Source: Podospora anserina
Taxonomy: Eukaryota
DNA length: 64,000 bases
Direction of reading: 5' to 3'
NCBI GenBank assembly: GCA_017654855.1
Contig: CM030332.1
Span: 2,542,001-2,606,000, forward strand
Every line of letters begins with the position of its first letter. Within the stretch, counting starts at the first letter, position 1. The notes beneath the pieces were generated by a model that ran no database searches, was not told where the DNA came from, and was given only the letters and a program-made list of their open reading frames with translations. Position numbers and translations under genes: made by a program. Positions 38,146-51,354 of this stretch are shown here, piece after piece.

Positions 38146-39139
38146 ATGATCAATTCGTTGTGTAAGTAATAAGCGCGGTAGTGGTGGTGGTGGTGGCGGT
38201 TGCTATAAATGGGTGCCGTTGGTTTGAGATGTGGTGGTGTGTGAGCTCAGACTTCTTTTAGGAATAAAGTAGGTAGGAAAGAAAGAGACAAAACTGCATG
38301 TACACAGGGAGAGAGCAATATGTACAAGAGCAAGACAAGAATCCACACCAAAAAGACACTCGCACACCCTTCGTCCCGTCCGTTCTTTTTGGCCAGCAAT
38401 GTGGCTCTTTCCCCGGGTGGCAGGTCAGACGGTGGACAGGAATGCTGCTGACCGGAAGACAGGAACACTTGGAGCTTTCTTGGGATTATATGCAGTCAAA
38501 AAGATGCCAGCAAAGTCAATTGGCTGGAGCTGACAACGGCGGGCATATCTTGGTTGCATGCGACTGTTGTGTGGGGTTCTAACAACAGATCGTGGCCGGT
38601 CGATCAGTGCGCCGAGTCTTGGCGTCTGAAAAGGACAGCTATGTTTGATGCCGGCACCCGATATCGTCACTTCTCGTGGATGATTAAGGTTTGTGATACT
38701 GGTGGTTGCTTGCTGTTCAAGCTCTTCTTTTTATATGTTTTAATGTTCTCTAATTTCATAAACGGTAGCTTTGATGAGCTCTCGTCTCCAGGGGATCATT
38801 ACTAATGCCAAGAAATTGTTTGTCAGACCCATCCTTCACCAAATGGCAAACGGCAAACGGCAAATGGACTTGGTAAGGACGGTAGCAAAGTGTTTAAAAC
38901 CCAAGCATTGGGATTTCTTGGGTACGCGTAAGAATCCATGAAGCACTTGAGCGTTGAGGTGAGGTGAGGCTCGAGGGAAGATGTAAGTGAAAGAAGGCTT
39001 ATCTAATCGTCATGCTCTTGCTCAGTTATCGAGGCTACCGTTTGACCCAATTAGGTTTAAGTAGTTGGGCATGGTTTGCTCTTTCCACTCGCATCAACTC
39101 GATAAACGGAGCCTTTGAAGAAACCCAAACAGAGTCACC

Positions 39140-40012
39140 ATGAGAAAATCATCCGAGTTCCAGAACTACCCCTTCCTGACAGGCGAAGAGTTCGCCGAAG
39201 CGTGCCACCACCTGGATAGGAGATACTGCCAAGCTACCTTGGGTCCCGTACGGAGAAAATGGAAACTCAGAACATGTAACGTACTCAACACAGCTTTCGG
39301 CCTAGGACCAGAATACAACACATATGTCCAAATAGTTCGACCACTGGAAGGAGAGCTAGACGATGGGGACCTATCAAACATATTTGACAGTCTTTCATTT
39401 CAAAGCAGCAACCCTACCGCAACCGACGACATGGTGGACAACAAGATGGTGGAGGCCGAGGATGCTGATGAGGTACGTTCCACAGCTTTGGAACCGTGCT
39501 TTGTACTCACACTCTCCCAGGCTGTGTTCCACAAGAAGCCAAAGTCAACGGCAAGTGCTGGGCAGGTCGTGTATGAAATACATCTCCACCCAACATATCA
39601 AGCGCCCTGTTTGTGGTTCAGTCTACACAACCTCCCCGTTGATGAGCAAGCTTTCAACATCGATACTGTCTTTCGACGTCTCGTACCAGACCAGTACAAA
39701 GATGGACTCCGCAGTGCTGGGGAAATTGGTGGCATCTCGGCCGACGTATGTCTTTTTTTCATTATGCTGTCAAGAATATGGTTAACTAGGCGATTCTGCG
39801 TCTGATCGAAAGGTCCTAGACTAACACAAACCATTCTGCAGCATCACCCAGTTACAGGGCTCCCCAGTTTTTTTATACATCCTTGTCTTCTTGGTGAAGC
39901 AATGTCAACATTTGACTGCTCCAAGGAGGACTATCTCATGGTATGGTTGGGCCTTGTGGGGGGTTGTGTCGGCCTTTGGGTTCCGTCAGAGATGGCAATC
40001 GAATCGCAGTAG
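39140..40012 (+). CDS. ATG10: Autophagy E2-like conjugating enzyme Atg10
   Basis: YEIHLHPTYQAPCLWF and, after intron 39746-39841, GGISADHHPVTGLPSFFIHPC (catalytic HPC); first intron 39473-39520. Confidence 0.88.
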
Positions 40013-40073
40013 GCTGAGCCCAAGGAGCTGTGCCCCAACATATCCTCGCTGTATTATGCCAACCTGGCGGGTA

Positions 40074-40722
40074 TCATTCATCGTCGCTATCATCCTCCAG
40101 TTCCATCTCTGCATCCGAGTCGCTCTCTTCTTCTTTCTTCTCCTCTTCCCTTGGCCGTTTTGTCCCGCGCGTTTCAGCAGTGGCGTCAGGCATGGCATGA
40201 TCAGACGCGGATGGCTTGGGGGGAAGACCGCGGGAGGTCACATTTGCAGACGCCCCTGGTAGAGGAGCGTTGAAGATGCTCTGTTGGAGGTCGGTAACCT
40301 CAACCTGGGCTGCCGTCGAAGCTGCGGGTGGTTTGAAAGTACCGTCGAGCTTGGCGATGATGTTGGACTTGGACTTTGCATAGGAGATTTTCTGTTTCCA
40401 GTTAGTATATACCCAAAAATGAAAGACAAGAACTACCTACCAGCTCCCGTCCAAAAAACTCGAACCCATTCAACGACCGCATGGCCTGCGTGGCCGTCTG
40501 AATATCTTTGTACACGATGTGAGCCTGGCCGCGCATCTTCATTGTCTTGAGCGCCACCACATCTAATACGGCGCCATATGTCGAGAATAGCATGTAGAGT
40601 GCTGTCCTAAGGTCCTCCTTCTGAATCTTGTTGGATGGGAGGTTCGTGACATAGAGGGTTTGGTTTGGCGGCACTGAAGCGACCTTGGCTGGGAGGCCAG
40701 GAGGGAGTGCGCGTGTAGCCAT
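40074..40722 (-). CDS. MSL1: U2 snRNP B''/U1A-family single-RRM protein
   Basis: PPNQTLYVTNL, LFSTYGAVLDVVALKTMKMRGQAHIV; intron 40392-40440, then KISYAKSKSNIIAK and an acidic tail. Confidence 0.88.
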
Positions 40723-41110
40723 CGTCGGTTTTCAGTATTTGTAGCTTCTTGTGCTTCGGGAAACAACACAAGAATCGGGGTTGTCTGAATTGGCGCAAAC
40801 AATTCGCGATTTGTGGACGGAGGCACTGACGGTGTTGTTGATATTTAAGTCGATGGATGCATTAAAGGTGACCTGAAATTTGGAGGCGCCAAACACCAAA
40901 CACCAGAATCCTACGCGCCACCCCGAGGCGTGTGGCTAGCCATTGGTCAGGGCGCCTCATCCCACCAGCCCCACCAGTTACGCAACAGCTTCCCCTGACC
41001 AAGGTCAACTCCACCATCATTCAACCAGCAACTCCAGTCAGTACTAGGTATCATCTTCGTTAACTCTAGCGGTAGTAGAGAGCTACTCCTACCGTACAAA
41101 CATCAACACC

Positions 41111-42309
41111 ATGTCGGCCCCCGAAGTCCACCACCTTTTCCACAATCCCATTGCGGATCACTCGTTCTCAGCTGACCGCCAAACGCTGGCCATTGCGCGC
41201 GACACCACTGTCGAGCTCTACGGAAGGGTCGGGAATAGCTTCAAACTCAAGGATGAGCTCAAGGGCCACGACAAGACTGTGACCAGCATTGATATTGCCC
41301 CCAACTCAGGACGCATTGTTACCTGCTCTCAGGGCAAGTTACTTGACCATCTCCGACAACAACTCCAACTGACCTCTCACGCACAGATCGCAATGCCCTC
41401 GTGTGGGAACCTACCCCCCAAGGCTATAAGCCGACCCTCGTCCTCCTGCGCATCAACCGAGCTGCCACCTTTGTACGCTGGTCGCCGAACGAGACCAAGT
41501 TTGCGGTTGGATCTGGTGACAGACTGATCGCGATCTGCTATTTCGAGGAGGAAAATGACTGGTGGGTCTCGAAGCACTTGAAGAAGCCGATTCGCAGTAC
41601 CATCACCACTGTCGCATGGCATCCCAACTCGGTCCTTCTTGCCGCTGGCTCTACCGATGCCCATGCGCGCGTCTTGTCCAGCTTCATCAAGGGCGTCGAC
41701 GCCAGGCCAGAGCCCACCGCCTGGGGTGAGAGATTGCCCTTCAACACCATCTGTGGCGAGTACTTGAACAACTCGGCTGGTTGGATTCACTCTGTAGCTT
41801 TCTCCCCCAGCGGAGATGCTCTTGCCTTTGCCGCGCATGACAGCAGCATCACTGTTGTGTATCCAAACGCCCCTGAGCAGCCGCCCAGGGCTGTTGTCAC
41901 CATCAACACCCAGCTGCTCCCCTTTATGAGCCTCATCTGGAATGGAGAGGCTGAGATCATTGCCGCCGGATATGACTGCGAGGCTTTCCGGTTCAAGGGT
42001 GGTCTTAATGGCTGGCAGCTGAGCGGAACGATTGAGGCCAAGAGCCGCCCTGGTCTTGGTGATGCCCGGGAAGAGTCCGCGCTCAACATGTTCAAGCAGA
42101 TGGATCTGAAGGGCAAGGTCAAAGATGACACCCAGCTTAAGACAGTCCATCAAAACACCGTCACAATGCTGCGTCCCTACGAAACTTCTGGTGATGCCGT
42201 TGCTAAGTTTAGTTGTAAGTCTTGTAAGGATTCTGTCAGCTATCACTTTTACTAACAACGATATACAGCAAGCGGCGTGGACGGGCGCCTTGTTATTTGG
42301 AACGTTTAA
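41111..42309 (+). CDS. ARC40: Arp2/3 complex subunit 1 (ARPC1, WD40)
   Basis: RIVTCSQDRNALVW, PTLVLLRINRAAT, ENDWWVSKHLKKPIRST; introns 41334-41386 (GC-AG) and 42215-42268. Confidence 0.95.
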
Positions 42310-42584
42310 ATGATAGATGATCTAGAAAGATGCACCAATCGGATCACGGTGCTGTTTGCCGTTTGAGACACACTTGACCTCGTCTTTACTACGGTAGCCT
42401 GCGTGAACTGGTGGAAGCGCGCATGAACCCGATTGGTAGCTCAAAGGTACTTGTTGAAGCCTTCAAGGTCCCTTGTCTGTAGAATCTTAGTTGTTATAAG
42501 AATAAGAGCGTTGGATTTCTTCAAGAGTGCTTTTGGACCATCTTCATCCTGCTTTTCCTCTCTTTCCTCTATCCGCCCAGCGAC

Positions 42585-44138
42585 ATGTCCAAGATGAGCG
42601 CCAGCAAACCCCAAACGCCGTCGCCGAGCAGCTTCATCTACACTTCTAGCTCCAGCGCGGTATCAGACTGCATCACCGTGGCAGCAGACGATGACAGAAT
42701 ACAGGCACGCTCCTCTGAGCCACAGGCAGTCACTGGCCTAGTCATATTCAATACAATTCACTGGAGACCCAACCCTCGTTCGCTCAGCCCTCCAGGCGCG
42801 CGGGTCATCGAACTACCAGATTCTGACTCTGGTGAACAAGACCATGAGCATACCAAACTGCTTCGCGACTACAAAGCCGGATCTGTCAGCCCGCTGAGTC
42901 TTCCGCCTCAGCCACAGCTCCAACAACACACCCCTGTCCGAACTGTGGACACCGACTACCCTTCTCAGTTGATGAGCTATGATGTCGCCGCCATGGAAGA
43001 CACCGACGACGAGGACCACTACCCCGAACGATTTGCTCTGTCTCCCAATCTGCCTCCCCAGTGCCCTACTTCTGATAATGGCTCCTCTCCAAAGTCATCA
43101 GCCAGCAGCACAACAAGGTCTTTTTGCACATGCCGCTCCTCTCCAACCTCAGAAGCAGACCAATCTGGCCTCATCCTGGAGATTCAATATATTTGTGTTT
43201 TGGCAACCCAAAAGTTCATCAGGGGACACGTCTTTGACCAGCGCAGGCAGCGCCGTCGCCGTGAGAGAGCACTGGTGATGAAGAGACTGAGAGAAAGGGG
43301 GAAGGCAAGATCAGAAACCAGAGAAAGAGAAAGCACAAGGAACAGCCACGAGAACAAAGTCAGGAAGATGTCTCCTGTGAGGCGGGTTGCACCTCCACGT
43401 GCTGTCTCGCCTATTAGCCCTCGTGTTGTCAGAACAGCAAAGGCAATGGTCTACAGTTCCACCGATAGCGATACCGAAAGGGAAAGTCCCAGCGGTAACA
43501 CCTCCCAAACCTTCACCTCGCCGAAAATCCCAACCTCCACGAGCAAACTCACCTCCCGCAGACCAACCAGTCCCTTTTCCTACACGTGGATGTCCTCCCA
43601 ACTGAATCCCAACCCCACCACCACCCACCTCCTCACCCCCAACGCCGCCGCCGAAGATGACCTCGACACAACCATGTCCGACCCCCCTTCCTCCCCAACA
43701 TCATCCTCCACCTCAGCCGACACAGACTACCGCACAATCCTCACCTCCCACCGTCTCCCTTTCGGTTCCTCCAACAACAAGCAAAAACTCCCTTCCCAAC
43801 CCATCGACAACAAAACCCAACTAAACAAAAACATATCCAAAATCGGCTCCATCATCTGGCACCGCTCCCTTTCCCACCCCCTAGAAAAGAAAAGAGAAAC
43901 CCTCCAAGAAATGGCCTACCTCCTCGACCTAGGCGCCGCAGTCCTCACGTCCGACCAGCCAGCAAACCCCCCCACACATAGCCTCGCAGTCCAAATCACC
44001 GACGCGGGGATTCTGCTCTGTGAAATCCTCAAAGACTGGGACGCGGTGGAGAGGATAGAGGAGTTGGAGGGGGTTTGGTTGGATGCTTTGAGTAGGGGCA
44101 GTAGTAGTGCTATTGAGGAGTGCAGCTGTAGTACGTGA
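42585..44138 (+). CDS. Hypothetical Ser/Pro/Arg-rich protein
   Basis: 517-aa uninterrupted ORF, mostly low complexity with two predicted helical blocks; no family recognised. Confidence 0.65.
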   Translation: MSKMSASKPQTPSPSSFIYTSSSSAVSDCITVAADDDRIQARSSEPQAVTGLVIFNTIHWRPNPRSLSPPGARVIELPDSDSGEQDHEHTKLLRDYKAGSVSPLSLPPQPQLQQHTPVRTVDTDYPSQLMSYDVAAMEDTDDEDHYPERFALSPNLPPQCPTSDNGSSPKSSASSTTRSFCTCRSSPTSEADQSGLILEIQYICVLATQKFIRGHVFDQRRQRRRRERALVMKRLRERGKARSETRERESTRNSHENKVRKMSPVRRVAPPRAVSPISPRVVRTAKAMVYSSTDSDTERESPSGNTSQTFTSPKIPTSTSKLTSRRPTSPFSYTWMSSQLNPNPTTTHLLTPNAAAEDDLDTTMSDPPSSPTSSSTSADTDYRTILTSHRLPFGSSNNKQKLPSQPIDNKTQLNKNISKIGSIIWHRSLSHPLEKKRETLQEMAYLLDLGAAVLTSDQPANPPTHSLAVQITDAGILLCEILKDWDAVERIEELEGVWLDALSRGSSSAIEECSCST

Positions 44139-44803
44139 TCACACAAGGTGTGCGAGGGGTGGTGGTTTGAGGGGGGAATTGCGCTGAGATTTTCTTCATA
44201 TGTTTGGGTATGGATGGCTGGGTATTTAGATTGGGAATTTGTGAGATTTTCGTTATCATGCGCGCATTGTATCGTTGGCCTGGGGTTGTACCTAAAAATC
44301 AACTTTTGTGCATTCTCAACCATTTCTCCTTCTCCAACAACCCAGTTTTGAAACCGCCAAAGGATGGAAATATGATGTGTTGCGAATATTGAATGGTCCG
44401 TGCCCACCCCTGATTTGGAAGGTTTGAAAAGATGTAAGTGACCCTCAGGTAAGTCAATGAACAAGTAAATCACTTCCACCCAACATCAACACGTCAGCCA
44501 GGTCATAACCAACAAATTCATACCAAACTAATGATATATAACGGCAGTTAGAAAAACCAATGTCCCGAGCAAAGGAAACGACCAAATAATCCCGCTCTCT
44601 CTCCCACCCTTGAAAGAGAAAACCATAAACTAAACACAACGCCCAATCCCAACAAAATAAGGAATCATAACATCATCTCCCCAAACCAGCCTTCTTCTCA
44701 AAAAAAGGATAAATATATACACCACCACCGCCACCACCACCGCAACGCCCCCCAAAAAACGAATGTAAACCACCCCTTTTCTTCCACTCCCCTCCTCTCC
44801 TTC

Positions 44804-47800
44804 TCACCTCTTCTTACTCTCGTCAATATCCTCCCCAATCTCCTCCGGTCTCCTCGGATCCACATACGCCGACAACCTTTGATCTCCCCACCTAGCCCCA
44901 ATGCTGACCCAAACATGCTTCGCCGGAATCTGCACATTCTTCGTCTCCCTCATCCCCGTCCACCTCAACCTCCTCTCCCGCGTCATATCGCTGTTCCCAA
45001 TCCCCCCGTTCCCGCTCCACTCCCGCACAATATCCCTGATAAACTCAATCTTCTGCCTAAACATGTTTGCCGCCGGAATCCCCTGCATCTCCGGGCTAAT
45101 CTCCGGCCGTCTCCTCGACGAGCTGCTAGTGCTCCTGGTTCCAGCCCTCGGCGCCGGCTGCTTGGGCACCGTCGAAAAGTTCAAGAGAGTCTGCACAGGA
45201 TACGACAACACCGACCGGTCATCCAGCGCTGACTCGGCCAGAGATCCCGTCTCATACAACCTCTTTGCAGCATCCTGCGGCAAATGCCAGAAATGACACC
45301 ACGTCCCTGTTGAATCAAGGACAATCTTGGTGTGGTCGGGGAAATTAAACTGCATGTGCCCATCGCAGAACATCCAGCACCCCACATCGCCAAAACGCTG
45401 ATAGAACGTAACAACATCATTCGGCGCTGCGTCCAGGTCTGTGATGGTAGGAGGGCGGATGTTAGCCTCCTCCGGGTTCTCCATCTCACGACCATAAGCA
45501 ATCATGTAATTGGCAAACTTTTTCCACAAGACCACCCTCTCCCGCTTCCGATGGTCGTACATGTCTTTACCGGCTGAGAGTCTCCCCACTGACCCATCCG
45601 AGTTGACTGTTACGGCAAAGTTTTGAGGAGGGACTCGAACACGCGAGATACCATCCTCCCCGTTGTTTTCGTAAAAGTAAATGCCCTCATTCATGGGGAC
45701 AATCTGGTGTCTGTCCCTATAGGTCGGGTCCTCCTTCCGCTGACAATGCCGTTCAGCACCGTGAACCAGCAAACAAGCGGGAGGCAAAACACCGCTTCGG
45801 GAACCCTCGTTTGCAGGAATGCTCCGGAGGATGCATCCAACACTGCCATCGTTCAGGATGTAGCCCAAGCCAAACTTGTTTGTGTAATCAACCCACTTGA
45901 CCACAATCTGTGGGGGAGCTGGCGTTTGCTCCTTGGTGGAGACGATAGCCATGGTACGGGCATTGAGCGCCCTTTCCAGTTCCGCTTGCAACTTCTGGAG
46001 ACGGTCCAAGACAACATCAGGTTGAGTGCCCGGGACGTGTTCCTGACACTCCGTCGGGCCAAAGAGCGAAAGCATCTCTTCCTGAGGTTTGGCTGGCTTG
46101 GATACCGATGGTCGCGTCTGCGGAGCAGCCTCTTCGGCAGGCAAGGCTGCCGTGGTCCTGCTTCTCGTTGGTTGACTGCGCAAGGTGCGACTGGTTCTTT
46201 TCGGTGCCTCTTCAGCGGTCTCGGCAGTTGACGATACTGGTGCAGACAACTCTCGCCTAGGTCTCGCCCGCAAGCTGCTCGTTGTTGTTCTCGATACTGG
46301 CTTGGGGACTGTTTGAGACCGAACAAGAGGGACAGGGGCAGGGGCGGCCGTGGTAGCCGGTCTATGCTGAGCTCTCTGCTGGGCAGCAAAACTCTGTGGT
46401 GGTGCTCGCAAAAGGCCTGAAGGCACTCTTTGACTCTGAGACTGGGTGCTCTGGCTAAGGCCACTAAGATCGTCAGATACAGAAAGTTGAGACAGTTTTT
46501 CTGTCGCTTGCTGAGTGGCCCGGTCTTGTTGCGCGGCGAGGCGTTGCAGTTTCTGCTCATTCCGGACCTCGTCAAACGGACGGTAAACAATACCCTCGGC
46601 CAGAGGAATGACAGGAGTCAGCCCGTAGTGTTCCTCTTCTGCCATCTCCCGCCAGATGTTCTTGAACACCAGTTGTGACTGTTGCCAAGGCCCAACACCA
46701 CACTCCTGGCACATTTCCTGCACGGTCCGAAGGTTGATGGCTTGCGCCTTGGAGCTGGAAAGAGGCTCGTAAAATGCAGCGCTTTGTGGAGGAATCTCTC
46801 TCAGTTTCGGTGTGATTTCGGAGGAGCTGGGCATGTAGCCAGAGGTGAAGAATGGGTGACCAACGATGGTATCTGGATCTGGTCTTTGGGAGGCTTCTTG
46901 CAGCATTGTGGCAACAAGGTCCTTAGCTTCCTGGCTGATGAATGGGCGCCCGGCAGATGGCGCAGGCCATTCGTAATCTCTATCTTTGGCACGTCGGTAA
47001 ATCTCGTCGGTTGTCGAGGACTGGAAAGGCGGCTTCGAAGTAAGCATAGCAAAGACAATAATACCCAAGCTCCAGATATCAACCATGTGATCATGACCCT
47101 TCTTGCCCTTCTCCAAGATTTCGGGTGCGATGTAGTTGGGTGTTCCGCACAGCGTTGTCCGGCGCATAATCTGCATATCCTTGCCTGTCAGAAGCAGAGC
47201 AGCCAGACCAAAGTCTCCAATCTTGGCATTCATGTGTTTGTCGAGGAAGATGTTGCCCATTTTCAGGTCACGGTGGATGATACCCTTGGCGTGCATGTAC
47301 TTGATGGCGCCAGCAATCTGCACCGAGTAAAAGCGCACCTCGGGTTCCGTCAACCCCTTGCGCCTCTTGACCATGTCCATAAGCGAGCCATTGGGGCAGA
47401 GTTCCAGGACCAGGTAAGTGCATCGCTCGAAAGTGAAGGCGCGGTGGAACTGGACAATATTCTGGTGTCGCATTTTGGAGTGAATTTGCAGCTCGGTTTG
47501 GAACTAGAGAGGTCGGTTAATTCTTCTGCCAGATGTCAACAGAAGTATCACAGGAGATCACACCTTTTGCTCCATCTTCGTTGGCATCTGGCTTTTGACA
47601 ATCTTGAGCGCAAACTTTTTGGAGGATCCAGCTGGTGCCCCCTCGTAGCAGATGGCAAACCCGCCCTTGCCCAAGGCCTTGCCAACCTCGTACACCATGC
47701 CTTCCCTCCGGTCCGAGCTGGGTGGTTCGACGACATTGTTGGGTGGTGGTGGCGGGTGTTCCTTGTCCTTTGCGGCTTTCAGAACCTGTGCTGCGGCCTT

Positions 47801-47884
47801 AGTCTTCAGCTCAGTCCGAGGGAGCCGCTGGGCGTTGGCATCCCTTGGGGAGAGGGCCTCCATGTCGACGCCCTTTGCAACCAT
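44804..47884 (-). CDS. CDC5: Polo-like serine/threonine kinase
   Basis: LGKGGFAICY, HRDLKMGN, DFG, TLCGTPNYIAPE; polo boxes VVKWVDYTNKFGLGY and QFNFPDHTKI; intron 47504-47563. Start could be 47863 (MEALSPRD). Confidence 0.95.
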
Positions 47885-48823
47885 CGCCGACTGTGTCCTT
47901 TGCTGTGTTGCAAGCCGAGAACTTTTTGTTCTCAGCGATGTTGTGGTGTTCGAGGACGAGATCGGTGAAGAGGGGACCGAAACTAACGTCACGCGTCAAA
48001 CGGCTGGTCCACTATTCTGTTGACACGTCAGTAATGTCCAAAATGCATGCAGTGCTGTCAACAAGACAGCTTTGGGCGTTGCAAAGGTGCACGCGACATG
48101 AATTTTCGTTTGGGATGGGTGGGGGGCAGGGAGGGCCGTTGTAAACAAGCAAAAACGCACCGTTGGACTGTGTTGACTGTTTGGCGCTCGGTGGCCGTCA
48201 TGAAAAGTAACGGGCTATTACGATTAGTAGACACACCGGAAACCGAGTCGACAATTACACCAAACTGTGTAAGTGGCAACAAAAGCCGGCAATCAACAGA
48301 TGATGGTGGGTGATGCCGGAAGTGTGTGGATGTCGCTTGTTCAAGAATTCAATGTGGATGAAAGGCCAGTGAGATCCATGTTTGCTCCTCCCCGGTGTCG
48401 CCAGGGCAACGGCCTTCAAACGGCGGTAACACTAAGTTGTCGGATGTGCATGGGCCACATCTTATCTGATAAGAACATTCACCTCGCCTGCTTCCTGCGT
48501 TTGATCAATTCTGATTGGCCATTCACCGTCAGAAAGCTCCCCGCCATTGCCGATGACTCCATCTCATCAACTGAAACTGATTGCTATACCGGTTATTTGC
48601 TCTCTCGAGTGTTGGTTTACTATGCAATAATCGGTATATCTTTGTTGAGGGATCCTTGTCTCCTGTATTAATGTATAGACGGCTAGCTACACGATATTGC
48701 TCCGCCATTACACCCTTCCCTCGACTATCTCGCCCAAGATCCTTGACTCAGCAACATTCCTCCTCCCCCATCTCGCGAGATTCCCAAATTTCTTGGCCAA
48801 CTGGAGGCCAGCCAAGATTCGCC

Positions 48824-49530
48824 ATGGTTTCCCTGCCCCTATTCAAAATCGCTGCTCTCTTTGTACGGCATATCTCCAAATATGGCGCGGTTCGTCCCCC
48901 TTGACCCGACTCTTCTCCGCGGCAGACCACTGATGTTGGTTTCCGCTGCAGAATCACATCAAGCACCAAGCCCATGAACATCCACGCTTTCGCGCCTTCG
49001 CTGCCAGATACGGCCAGGTCATCCACCAAATAAACATGCGACTGTCGGTTGCTACGATGCGCAATACCGAAGCTGCTCAGAAAGCAAAGGAGAAAGCCGA
49101 AGCGCCCACAGTCAAGACAGAAGAGCAAGTCAAGCGGGAGGAAGAGCTCAAGGCCAAATATGGGACCACCCCACGAGACTCTCACCCTGTTAAGGAGCCA
49201 CCAAAAAGCATCTGGAGGCGACAATTTAGGGCTCTTCCTGAAGCCAAGGCTGTGGATTTGTTTGCGGATGTTATTGGCGATGCGTTCATCTTGGCCATTG
49301 CCACCGGGTTGGTCACTTATGAGTACTGGAGAACCTCTCAGAAACCAGACAAGAACAAGGAGATGATCCAAGAGTTGGAGAAACAAGTTGAGGAGTTGAA
49401 GCAGAGGGGAGAGGAGCTTGAGGAAGCAGAGAAGCAGCAGCGAGAGAGGGTGCGGCTGATTGAGGAGGCTCTTAGGGCATTCAAAGACCCAAAGACAAAG
49501 CAGCCCCTTTTGGCTACCCCTGCGGCATAA
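48824..49530 (+). CDS. OPA3: OPA3-like mitochondrial protein
   Basis: MVSLPLFKIAALFVRHISKYGA|NHIKHQAHEHPRFR (intron 48890-48951); RALPEAKAVDLFADVIGDAFI, YEYWR, C-terminal coiled coil. Confidence 0.88.
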
Positions 49531-49831
49531 TTCATTCAAATCGAGCCTCGCTGCGGGGATGTTCACAGAACGGGCAAGCACCACTTAACGTGGCTGCCTG
49601 AGCATATGTGCAATGATGTAAGTATTAGACAGCGCTGTGGGTCATTGTAGGTCCAGTGACCCGATGTGGCTTTGAGTTTTATGTTCTGGGGAAAGAGCAA
49701 TGATAGACATGGCAGGCGGGAACTCATCTCTGGGATAGAAGGAAGTGATACCCTCTTACTTTTCACAAACCAAAGTCTCAACACATTTCCAATTGTGTTA
49801 AGTTGCTTTCTACCCATCAGTGACAGCAAAC

Positions 49832-50656
49832 ATGAGGAGCCATCACCTTGTTGAAACACCAACCAGCCTCGTTTGCTCAACCCTGAGATCCCGTCAACCA
49901 TGGACAACAGTCGCGACAATGCTTCTGCAGTCAGACAGTAGAAAATGGCGTGGTATGAACCTTCGGCCACAACGCTTTCTCCGACAACATTCTAACCAGT
50001 TATAGAATCTACCCTCCAGTCCCACGACATCTCTCTAGTCGTTGAGCAAGAGCATGCGGAGGTCTTTCAGGTCTACAAGTTTATCTTGATCTCACCAGAT
50101 GATGTCGAAACAGGGGAGCCTACAGCAATGGCTCGAATTACCCAGCTCGGGCGAGATCTCGGCGATGCCAAAGCAGGTGTCATTTTCCTACTAGACCAGG
50201 AGAATGAAAAGGAGCACGGAGATGCTATAAAAGCGTTCATGTCACTTCAGATCAAGTTTGCCTCCCTCTTTTGCACTTTCTGTTCATTTTTCCACTGACA
50301 TGATTCCCAGATTGATGGATGTCCACCCAAGTGTCCCCATTCTCCCTTTGACTAGTTTTGACGCGTTACCATCAACCCTCAAAACTTTCCAACGTGGATA
50401 TTCGGAGGGCCTTGATGACGGAATTCAGCAGCAAGTGAATATTGATGTTCCTAGGGATTTGTTAGGCTGTTGTTCGGCAGGAGAAAGGCAGCTCTCTAGG
50501 CAGGCGGTCGATACGATGTCTCAGAGTGGAGAATTCTTCAGCTTTCGAGAGCTGTTGGTTGATGGCCAATTGGCGGAACGCGAGGGTCAAGACAGAATGC
50601 ACGATGTGTTGGGACCAGAGGATGGGAAGAGATTTGTGAGGTTCTGGTTGAGCTAG
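49832..50656 (+). CDS. Small XPF/ERCC1-like protein, candidate Spo16 (ZMM meiotic factor)
   Basis: Three exons 49832-49952, 50006-50255, 50311-50656 join in frame; pattern KFILISPDD..MARITQL..GVIFLL..FMSLQIKL..PILPL and an HhH-like tail. Gene model is solid; family call is from remembered similarity. Confidence 0.6.
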
Positions 50657-51354
50657 GTAGGTATGCCATCCTCTCTCTGAATAGGGAACCCCCAGAAGGT
50701 AGATCGATCTGGTAAAATCTCGCCCAGGAAGGACAAGCTGGGAGAAATCAGTCTTCACCAACCAGTACACCACACCAGGTTATCGTTAGGCGCCAAACCA
50801 GCACAACTTCACTTTACCAAGTTCCGTGTTTTGCTTTGCCGTTCAATTCAACAGTATCTGTATGCTTGAAAAGTTAATCATCACCTCTGTACTGACATAG
50901 AGCTAGTGAACACAGGTATCTGGGTATTCTAATTCCCCTCAAAGGGCACGGCACTACCCCATTCATCTCCCCATCTCTCTCCGATTCACGTTCGACAGTG
51001 AGTATGCCTAACCTTGAATAAGGCAGGTCGCCGAGCTGGTTTCATATGCTCATGATCAATATTACAAAGCCATTTATCTCTGCCGATTGCATCTCGGCAC
51101 CAAGAAAATGCTGACTGCGTGAGAGGGGTCGCTTCCTATTTGCCCCGCCCCAGAACCACAACCCTCCAGGTGAAGCAGACAGGCGGCGCTGTTGCATACA
51201 GCCTCGTCCCTTTATCACACTCGTAGTTGAGGGGGCCAAGTAAAATACTATGGCGTTACATGTTTGAATCCTCACAAGACTTCGCGCTCTCAGTTTGGCC
51301 TTTGTATATCGAGTAAAAAAGCCATCCCTACGATATTCAGCATCACCCACCAAC

